Below the pieces are notes generated by a model. It saw nothing but the letters and a program-made list of their open reading frames with translations, was not told where the DNA came from and did not search any database. Positions 1 through 6,754 of a stretch of 24,000 nt of DNA are shown piece by piece (the stretch's first letter is position 1; each line of letters starts with the position of its first letter). Origin of the DNA: Methanobacteriota archaeon (GTDB taxonomy: Archaea; Halobacteriota; Methanosarcinia; Methanosarcinales; Methanosarcinaceae); NCBI GenBank assembly GCA_016841265.1, contig JAENZL010000006.1:27378-51377 (forward strand), given 5' to 3'. A program made the position numbers and the translations under genes.

Positions 1-99
1 GTTTGAAATTAAATAAAACAGAAAGAAAAACGGAACATCAATAATAGATAGCTGCGTCGGAAAACAAGTTGATAAGAGGACGTGGTAAAGGAAGAAAAA

Positions 100-130
100 G
101 CACATGCCTGTTTTCATTCAGGCAATGTGC
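100..130 (-). terminator. Imperfect hairpin followed on the minus strand by a T-rich run; possible end of the nurA-herA transcript
   Basis: gcacatgcctg (100-110) pairs with caggcaatgtgc (119-130) with one bulged A and an 8-nt loop. Read on the minus strand it is followed by tttttcttcc (complement of about 90-99). Confidence 0.3.
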
Positions 131-271
131 AAAATCTTACCTGCAAACTGTATTGGACCTTAACTACAAACCTTAACTGAAACTTTAGCTCCAAACCGCT
201 ATTTTAAAAAGCCAATTTTAAACTGTTTTTTTACTGATATTTCTGCCAGGCGGCCATCCGAAGTTACCGCT

Positions 272-398
272 GTTTCACCCCAATGATGCTTCACCAGCAA
301 TAGTGCTTCACAATCACTTGCGTTTCACATTCACTGGTGTTTCACATTCACTGGTGTTTCACAATCACTGGTGTTTCACAATCACTGGTGTTTCACAA
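272..398. repeat. 17-bp tandem repeat array, about 7.5 units, spanning the herA stop codon
   Basis: Four near-perfect units of gtttcaca[t/a]tcactggt lie at 322-389. Three progressively degenerate units lie at 272-321. A partial unit at 390-398 lies inside the CDS. The herA stop (complement of 382-384) lies in the last full unit. Confidence 0.9.
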
Positions 399-2400
399 CG
401 CAGTTCGAGAGTCCGATTATTTCCACGATATCGCTGTTGTCAGGGCTGTGCACTACCATCTGACCCTTCTTGAGGTAGGGGATCCTCCTCTCGTATTCTT
501 TGGGGACTTTCAGGGAGCTGATGGCTGCATCATTGTTGAGGTTCAGGATCAGTTTCGTGTTGACCTGCTTGAAGACCGTGTCGTCGATGTCCTGGGGGTC
601 CTGGGTGATCAGGAAAAGCCCGAGACCTTCTTTTCTCCCCTGCCGGGCTGCGTCTGCGAAGCGGGAGATGATCAGCCGGGAATGCTCCCCCCCGGCGCGG
701 GAGAGGTAACGATGAGCCTCGTCCAGACAAAGGATGATGGGGGTGTTCTTGATGGCATCAGTCCCGGTTGTACCGAGCTTGTTGTCCACGATCAGGCTCA
801 TGATGGTGAGCACGATAAGGTCCCGGATCCGGGGGGTGCTGATGTACTCGGTCGGGAAGACGGAAATCTGTCCGGGCTTGAAGATCCGGTCAAGGACCTC
901 AGTGATTGGGGTTGCAGCCTGGTCAAAGACTTTCGAGAAGAAGCGGCTCTTGACCCTCCGCACGATCCCATCATAGGAGGCCTCGTGGAGTTTTCCGCTA
1001 TCTACGTAATAGGACCTTGTGCCTTCGTTGTCGATGTGGGAGATGAAGTTCAGGTAGGTGTGAGGCACACTTGATTTGAAGAAGTCCCCCAGGAGCAGTT
1101 CCAGCCCGATGTACTGGAGTTCGGACATCCCGGTGGCGGCAATCAGCCAGGAGTTGTGTTCCACAAGGGAGAAAGGAATAGTAAACTCGTGCTGCTCAGC
1201 CCTGGACTTGTCTCCCGGATAGGTCTGCCCTTCCACCTTTGCAACGAAAGCTTTCGTGGAGGGGACCCGGCCATAAGCCACCTTTTCGGACTCAAACCTG
1301 AACCTGTCATCCTCGGTCAGGGTCGCGTTGTCCTCGAAAATCTGGGAGTATTCATCCTGGGGGTCCATGATTACAAGGCAGGGATTTTTCCTTGCCCTGT
1401 CATCGGGAGAGTTCCGGAGCCTGTAGCGGTTGCTTTCGCTCATGAACTGACGCAGGATGTTTTTGGTGAGAAAGGTCTTTCCTGTCCCCGTACTCCCGCA
1501 AACAAGCATGTGCCGGAAGACCAGGGGATCGCCCATGGAGTAGTCGTTCCGCAAGTAGTAGGCAACGGTCTCGGGTTCGGAGTGGGTCTTTACAAGCTCC
1601 CCCCCGACGCTCAGGTGCCCGAGGAAGATGCCCTCTTCAGGAATGTTGAGCCCGGTCTGAACTTCAAGCCGGTCCCGGACTGGCAGGATCGGGGTGTTAG
1701 GACGGGGGATCCGGTCCGCCATCCTGCGGGAGAGAGGGGATGCCTGCCCTTTCCTGTAGAGGATGCAGAGGGGGTCCAGGTAGGCCAGAAACTTGTAGTC
1801 CTCCTCGTTTACCGGGCTTGCCCTGCCTCCTAGCATGCGCCGGGAATGAAGTTCGGTTGCGTCGTCCACCGCAAATTCCTGCCGGTACTGAAGCTTTCCT
1901 ACCCTGGCAAAGAGCTTTTCCCCGCCCTCATACGGGACGACTACGTAGGCCCCGAGTCTGATTTCGTTTCTCCGCAAAGAGGAGATATAACCGGTAATCG
2001 TTGCCCCGGCGGGGGTAATTTCCAGAGGGTCAATTCCGGCGGTCACGATCCCGAAAGCTTCGTCCGCAGAAACGGAAGAGGGTGCGATGCCGTCATCGTA
2101 AGCTCCAAAGTCCTCGAAGGGTAGATCTGCGGGACTGGAAACGGCACCTGAGACCGGATCGGAATCGGAACTGGAGCCGGAACTTGAGCCCTTAGCACCA
2201 GCCCCACCGTAGATGGAAGCCAGAGGGTCATCGGGAAAAGTGTCCGGGTCTTTTCGAAATGAACCGGTCGGGAAATTTTCGCATCCGGTTTTGGGTTCCA
2301 TGCCAGTGCTTTTTTCTGCCCCTTCGTCCTTATCGGAAGCCGGAGCTTTTTTCGTCTTGCCAGAGGCAAAAGCCAGGATGTCAGCGTCTTCAAACTTCAC
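382..2400 (-). CDS. herA: HerA-like (DUF87/FtsK-HerA superfamily) hexameric ATPase/helicase with a long low-complexity N-terminal extension
   Basis: 672-aa ORF. Walker A is 'VCGSTGTGKT', the Walker B-like motif is 'IILCLDEAHRYL', and 'LFLITQDPQDID' follows. An N-terminal barrel-like segment 'LGAYVVVPYEGGEKLFARVGKL' is present. It sits immediately downstream of a NurA-like gene and overlaps it. The start is GTG at 2400, preceded by ggtgggg. The first ~115 aa are rich in Ser/Gly/Asp/Pro. Confidence 0.85.
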   Translation of the reverse strand: MKFEDADILAFASGKTKKAPASDKDEGAEKSTGMEPKTGCENFPTGSFRKDPDTFPDDPLASIYGGAGAKGSSSGSSSDSDPVSGAVSSPADLPFEDFGAYDDGIAPSSVSADEAFGIVTAGIDPLEITPAGATITGYISSLRRNEIRLGAYVVVPYEGGEKLFARVGKLQYRQEFAVDDATELHSRRMLGGRASPVNEEDYKFLAYLDPLCILYRKGQASPLSRRMADRIPRPNTPILPVRDRLEVQTGLNIPEEGIFLGHLSVGGELVKTHSEPETVAYYLRNDYSMGDPLVFRHMLVCGSTGTGKTFLTKNILRQFMSESNRYRLRNSPDDRARKNPCLVIMDPQDEYSQIFEDNATLTEDDRFRFESEKVAYGRVPSTKAFVAKVEGQTYPGDKSRAEQHEFTIPFSLVEHNSWLIAATGMSELQYIGLELLLGDFFKSSVPHTYLNFISHIDNEGTRSYYVDSGKLHEASYDGIVRRVKSRFFSKVFDQAATPITEVLDRIFKPGQISVFPTEYISTPRIRDLIVLTIMSLIVDNKLGTTGTDAIKNTPIILCLDEAHRYLSRAGGEHSRLIISRFADAARQGRKEGLGLFLITQDPQDIDDTVFKQVNTKLILNLNNDAAISSLKVPKEYERRIPYLKKGQMVVHSPDNSDIVEIIGLSNCVVKHQ

Positions 2401-3727
2401 TTATATTACCCCACCGCAGGTCATTGTAATCGGTATCTGGATTCATGTTTTCAAAGAATTTGTCGATCTCTTTCCGCTCCACTTTCCGGATTTTTGCGAC
2501 ATGGTCCGCTTTCGTAAGGGTCAGGGGAAAGCCGTGCAAAGAGAGGTCAAAGAGCACTTTTTTGGTAATCTGCATCCGCAGGAAATCGTCTTTTACAAGC
2601 CCGTAAGGAGCTTCCACTTTGAAGACCACGTCCTTTGACGGGACGTAGAGCATGAAAAAGCATAGAGCATAATCTTCCGGCGGGAATTTGTGCCGGAGCC
2701 CGTCCTGGAGCTTATCGCCTGCCGCCAGGGGAGAAGTCCCGTTCAGCAGCTTCTCATAGAACCTGTTGGGCTGCTGGAACCAGTTCGTATAAGTGATATA
2801 AGCGTTTCCAGGACCGTTGATGCCATCCCCGGATTTCCCATTTCTGCCATTCCCGGCCCCCTGCCTGAACCCTCCATTGGCACATTTTTCCAGGGAGAGA
2901 ACGTTCCTGAAGAACTGGGTATCGAGCATCCAGGGCAGGTCAAAGCCCACCCCTTTCTTCCGGACCGTGTCCATAATCTGCATGTCAAGGGGATTTTTTA
3001 CGAACCCGATAACAGGAGCCCTTTTTTCCAGGAAATGGTCCATAATATCAATGTAATTCTGGAGAGCTTTCCGGGCATCATCATTCCGCCGGAGCTGCAC
3101 TTCCTCGTCCCCCAGCACCACCCAGTACATGAGCTGCTTGGGGTAAATCGGCCCGTCCATGATGAAAAAACCCGCAGGGTCCATCCTATCCATCATATAA
3201 AGGATGTGCTCGGACTCTGCCAGGTACATGGCCAAGCTGTGCACCATATCCGAAGCTTTCTTTTTCAACTCATCCGGTGCAATCCTGACCAGCTTTGCCC
3301 GTCCCATCCCTTCATCGAATTCTTCCCAGCCCTCGGTCGACTGCATTGCCACCTTCTGGGAAGAAGAATAAGCCGCACACACAATCGTCCTGTACCGCTG
3401 CAAGTCCAGGTCCGTAGGCGTCGCCGCCAGCGCACAGTGACAAAAATCAACAAAGAGCCCACTGTCATATGTCTTGGGGTTTGTACTCCCGCTATCGCAA
3501 GCATAAGTCACCGGATACGGGTCCTCGCACTGCGCCATCAGCGCAGTCCTGACCATCCCCCGAAAAAGCCTGTCAACCGCCCTCAGGATAACCTTCCCGT
3601 CTATCTTCAACTCCTCAAGCAGCTTATAAATATCATCCGCCGTCTTCGGCTCCTCATACTCAAACGACCGGTCAATCCGTTTTGCCAGCTCCGAGATCTT
3701 CCGCATATGCACGGGCTCAAGGGTCAT
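2390..3727 (-). CDS. nurA: NurA-like nuclease
   Basis: 445-aa ORF directly upstream of herA, overlapping it by 11 nt. Acidic motifs 'YACDSGS' (D78) and 'FIMDGPIYP' (D191) resemble the NurA catalytic Asp motifs. A Gly/Asn-rich insert covers aa ~283-308. The family call is from motifs and gene context only. Confidence 0.65.
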   Translation of the reverse strand: MTLEPVHMRKISELAKRIDRSFEYEEPKTADDIYKLLEELKIDGKVILRAVDRLFRGMVRTALMAQCEDPYPVTYACDSGSTNPKTYDSGLFVDFCHCALAATPTDLDLQRYRTIVCAAYSSSQKVAMQSTEGWEEFDEGMGRAKLVRIAPDELKKKASDMVHSLAMYLAESEHILYMMDRMDPAGFFIMDGPIYPKQLMYWVVLGDEEVQLRRNDDARKALQNYIDIMDHFLEKRAPVIGFVKNPLDMQIMDTVRKKGVGFDLPWMLDTQFFRNVLSLEKCANGGFRQGAGNGRNGKSGDGINGPGNAYITYTNWFQQPNRFYEKLLNGTSPLAAGDKLQDGLRHKFPPEDYALCFFMLYVPSKDVVFKVEAPYGLVKDDFLRMQITKKVLFDLSLHGFPLTLTKADHVAKIRKVERKEIDKFFENMNPDTDYNDLRWGNISEV

Positions 3728-3750
3728 GGATATAAGGTACTTTCAGGAGT

Positions 3751-3765
3751 GATATATATTTATTG
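3751..3765. promoter_or_regulatory. AT-rich TATA-like element in the divergent nurA / membrane-protein intergenic region
   Basis: gatatatatttattg lies ~30 nt upstream of the nurA ATG (3727) on the minus strand and ~90 nt upstream of the ATG at 3855 on the plus strand. Archaeal TATA boxes sit ~25 nt upstream of the TSS. Confidence 0.3.
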
Positions 3766-3854
3766 AGTGAACTTATCTACTATGCAGATTTACGTAGAAG
3801 GTTAAAAAATTGCAAGTGCGAAACGATCCCATTCAGCAACTAAATGGTGCAATA

Positions 3855-4370
3855 ATGTGCAAAAATATTGACATGGTTAGTAAAGATAATGAATCATACA
3901 CAGAAAATAGTCAAGAAATTCAAAATATAATATATCGTTATAGATATGAATATCGAAAAGCTCAGCAACTTGACAACAAGGCAAATAACATCGCAATAAT
4001 ATCGGGAATATTATTTGGATTATATTCAGCTTCATTGATAGTAGTCTTAGAAAATACGACACAGATTGGGAAGTTATTTGCAGCAATCAGTTCACTTTTT
4101 ATGATATATACTATGTATTCATCCGTAGTAGTATTACAGATTTCAACTGAAGAAAATATTATTAACAGAAACAGGCAAAAAAAGAAAAGTTTAGATTATG
4201 CTTTTTATGCATTTGTTATCGGGATCCTTAGCACATTATTTTATGTAGTTTCCATAATTCTGAATGGGGAAGCAGACCTCTTACTACTACTTATGTACAT
4301 ATTGGTAGTCATTATTGCATTGGAAATAATAAGGGAAAAAATCAAATTGCGTGCGGACACCACACCCTAA
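3855..4370 (+). CDS. Hypothetical 4-TM membrane protein encoded in an AT-rich island
   Basis: The ORF is open from TTG at 3810; the first ATG is at 3855, with an alternative ATG at 3873. An N-terminal polar helix 'YRYEYRKAQQLDNKANN' precedes four hydrophobic segments: IAIISGILFGLYSASLIVVL, LFAAISSLFMIYTMYSSVVVL, YAFYAFVIGILSTLFYVVSIIL and LLLLLMYILVVIIALEII. GC content is far below that of the neighbouring genes. Confidence 0.55.
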   Translation: MCKNIDMVSKDNESYTENSQEIQNIIYRYRYEYRKAQQLDNKANNIAIISGILFGLYSASLIVVLENTTQIGKLFAAISSLFMIYTMYSSVVVLQISTEENIINRNRQKKKSLDYAFYAFVIGILSTLFYVVSIILNGEADLLLLLMYILVVIIALEIIREKIKLRADTTP

Positions 4371-4840
4371 AATGGTTTCCGACAATTCAATTTCAGGGCA
4401 AAAACATGTAAAAAATAAGGTATTTAAAGAATTTAAATCGAAAAAGAAGGAATTCAATTATTATTGATAGTAATTGTCTGACATTCTGTGAAGTTAGGGG
4501 TATTCGTGACCCTCTGAACCCCAAAGTAATAAACAAACAATGGTTACCTGAATACGAGGGGAAAATATATCCCTTGATTCCAAAAACCACTTTCCAATCC
4601 AAAAATTCGGATGCCTCCGCCAGTTTGCTTGGAGGTCTTTTTCAAAAAAGTAACTCCTGAATTATATAAGGCACCCCGAATATAAGATAGTGGGATAGTT
4701 TTCAAACCCGAAACCTGAGAGAGCAGTGAAATGAAAAACGAAATTTTCCCGAAAACCTTAATCTAAAAAGGCAGCATATAATAATAAACGTAAAAATATA
4801 GAACTCCGTGAAATAATCAAACGACATAAATCGGGATTCT

Positions 4841-5857
4841 ATGCCTGGGGGTAAGGCAAGGAATTACAGGGACAAGATCATTTCACCTGAGCGAGCAGCG
4901 GAGCTCAGGGCTGAGGGCTGGAAATGGGCAGACCTGCACGTGCATACGACCTGTTCCTTTGACGTGATGCCGGCAGAGGAACTGAAGCCTGAAAATCTCT
5001 ACCAAAAAGCCCTGGATATGGGACTGGATTTCATAACTTTTACCGACCACGACACCGTAGAGGCATATGAAACCCTGGGCTGGGAGCGGGAGAAGCTGGT
5101 AACGGGGGCGGAGATGACTGTGTACGACCCCGGGAAGGTAGGGCATACGGTACACGTGAACGTCTTCGACTTTGACAGGGAAGAGTTTATCGAACTCAGG
5201 GAAATTGCAGAAAGGGAACAGAATATGGAAAGCTTCCTGGGCTACCTGAGGGTGCACAAGCTGCCGTTCTTCTACAACCATCCATTCTGGGCGGATTTCC
5301 ACCAGAACCCGGACCCTGAAACGGTCATGGAGCTTGCAAAACACTTTCCCGTGCTTGAGTACAACATGCACGAGCTGAAGCCGAAAAACGAGCTTACGAT
5401 CGCCCTTGCGGAAAAGTACGGGAAAGGGATCGCGGCAACCACGGACACTCATACAGGAAAGCTCGGGCAGGTGTACACCCTGGCAGAGGGAGAGAGTTTC
5501 AGGGAATTTTTCGGGAATATCGAAAAAGGAAGAAGTTACATAGTCCCTGAAGACCTGACCAGGGAGACTTTGATAGAAGAGATGAACGAATGGATAGACC
5601 TGATCTTCGAGAAGAGCCCGAGACAGGAAAAAAAATCCTTCCTTACCGGGATAAAATCCATAGACACCCTGGTAAAGGTCTCCACAAGCGGGATTTTAAA
5701 CTACTCCCCCAAACTCAACCGGACAACCGTAAACCTCCTCTATCTGATCTCAAAAAGCGGGGTCCCGGCATTCTTATATTTGCACTCGGAAGAGTCCCTG
5801 GCAAAGAAGATTCAGGAGAACATGAAGCAGGGTATTAAGCTGGGGAAACAGAGATAA
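4841..5857 (+). CDS. PHP-domain (polymerase/histidinol-phosphatase fold) metal-dependent phosphoesterase
   Basis: 338 aa. PHP metal-ligand motifs are present: 'WADLHVHTTCS', 'ITFTDHDT', 'GAEM', 'HVNVF', 'YNHPF' and 'AATTDTHT'. A ~100-aa C-terminal extension has no motif I recognise. Confidence 0.8.
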   Translation: MPGGKARNYRDKIISPERAAELRAEGWKWADLHVHTTCSFDVMPAEELKPENLYQKALDMGLDFITFTDHDTVEAYETLGWEREKLVTGAEMTVYDPGKVGHTVHVNVFDFDREEFIELREIAEREQNMESFLGYLRVHKLPFFYNHPFWADFHQNPDPETVMELAKHFPVLEYNMHELKPKNELTIALAEKYGKGIAATTDTHTGKLGQVYTLAEGESFREFFGNIEKGRSYIVPEDLTRETLIEEMNEWIDLIFEKSPRQEKKSFLTGIKSIDTLVKVSTSGILNYSPKLNRTTVNLLYLISKSGVPAFLYLHSEESLAKKIQENMKQGIKLGKQR

Positions 5858-5900
5858 GGAAAAACTTTTTTGAAACTCATTTTGAAGCTCCTTTTGGAAT

Positions 5901-5938
5901 AATTTATGAAATGATTTATGAAATAATTTATGAAGTTC
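5901..5938. repeat. 13-bp tandem repeat (about 3 copies) in the T-rich region downstream of the PHP gene
   Basis: The copies are aatttatgaaatg, atttatgaaataa and tttatgaagttc. T-tracts flank them at 5866-5871 and 5950-5956 and are plausible archaeal oligo-T terminators. Confidence 0.7.
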
Positions 5939-6195
5939 TTTTTGAAATATTTTTTTGCACCACTAAATGTTAGAATTAATTTTCATTCGATGTGACAATT
6001 CCCCTTATTTTCGCCCGGATTTTTTACACCTTAAAAGTGCAAATGTCAACCATGAATCTGTTTTTGGACGTATTTAACAAAAAAATCAAAAGGTTTATAT
6101 CACGAAATTGTTAAAACTCGGATACATAAAAAAATAAATTTTTGTATGAATTTTGATTATTTGTTTCATTAATAATATTAAAAGGTGGAAACAAA

Positions 6196-6753
6196 ATGGA
6201 GAAAAAAAGAACTTTAAGATCTCTATTGAGTCTTATATTCATACTTTTATGTACTGTACTTCTCACAGTTCCTGCGCTAGCAGAGGAAAGCAGTGTAACA
6301 AGAAGTTTTTCAACTGAAAATCCGGCTCCATATGAGGAATTTGACGTAACCCTCACAATTTCCGGACTCAGGGCTGCAGGAATCGTGGAAAGTATCCCCG
6401 AGGGCTTCACCTATGTTGAGACAGAGTACCCCGGGGATGGAAGAGTCAGTGTTTCAGGGCAGGAACTTGTATTTTCCGTGCTTGATGACGGGAAAATTGT
6501 CTACAGGGTAAAAGCCCCGGCTTCAGGCAACGGGACTTTCGAAGGCAGGTGGAATGACATCCTGAACCAGAAAGAAGGCGCGATCCTGGCCTCGGAAGTT
6601 TCCGTAGATCTCGATTCGAAAGCTGCGGAAGATCAGGAAGCAGAAGCCGAAAAAAGCCCTATGGGAGTCTTTCCGGTGATCTCCGGAGTTCTGGCTGCTG
6701 TTCTTGTGGTTTCGAGTCATGGTAGACGCGGGAAAAGTAAGAGGAGGCAGTAA
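6196..6753 (+). CDS. Secreted, C-terminally membrane-anchored small surface protein (single beta-sandwich-like domain)
   Basis: 185 aa. RBS aaggtgga lies at 6182-6189. Signal peptide is 'MEKKRTLRSLLSLIFILLCTVLLTVPALAEE'. The C-terminal hydrophobic segment 'GVFPVISGVLAAVLVV' is followed by the basic tail 'RRGKSKRRQ'. The stop lies 1 nt before the SBP start, so co-transcription is likely. Confidence 0.6.
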   Translation: MEKKRTLRSLLSLIFILLCTVLLTVPALAEESSVTRSFSTENPAPYEEFDVTLTISGLRAAGIVESIPEGFTYVETEYPGDGRVSVSGQELVFSVLDDGKIVYRVKAPASGNGTFEGRWNDILNQKEGAILASEVSVDLDSKAAEDQEAEAEKSPMGVFPVISGVLAAVLVVSSHGRRGKSKRRQ

Positions 6754-6754
6754 G

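Noticed and set aside
272-398. Possible CRISPR array (17-bp units), and likewise the 33-bp repeats at 23860-23981
   Set aside because: The 17-bp units are directly tandem with no spacers. The 33-bp units have spacers of only 18 and 5 bp, and only three copies are visible. No cas genes are present in the window.
337-2124. Plus-strand ORFs (337-1074, 1156-1833, 1846-2124 and smaller ones) antisense to herA
   Set aside because: They lie entirely within the well-supported minus-strand HerA-like CDS. Their compositions (rich in Gly/Val/Pro/Asp) are typical of antisense frames of a GC-rich gene, and they lack RBS or recognisable motifs.
2690-3766. 358-aa plus-strand ORF antisense to nurA
   Set aside because: It is a mirror frame of the NurA-like CDS. 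Its Pro/Arg/His-rich sequence is implausible, it has no motifs, and it would leave the herA-coupled upstream gene unexplained.
4393-4602. 69-aa minus-strand ORF and a plus-strand frame 'KQWLPEYEGKIYPLIPK...' in the AT-rich spacer, considered as a small gene or IS/transposase remnant
   Set aside because: There are no recognisable transposase motifs, no inverted terminal repeats, no RBS, and the frames are short. I kept it only as a remark inside the AT-rich island finding.
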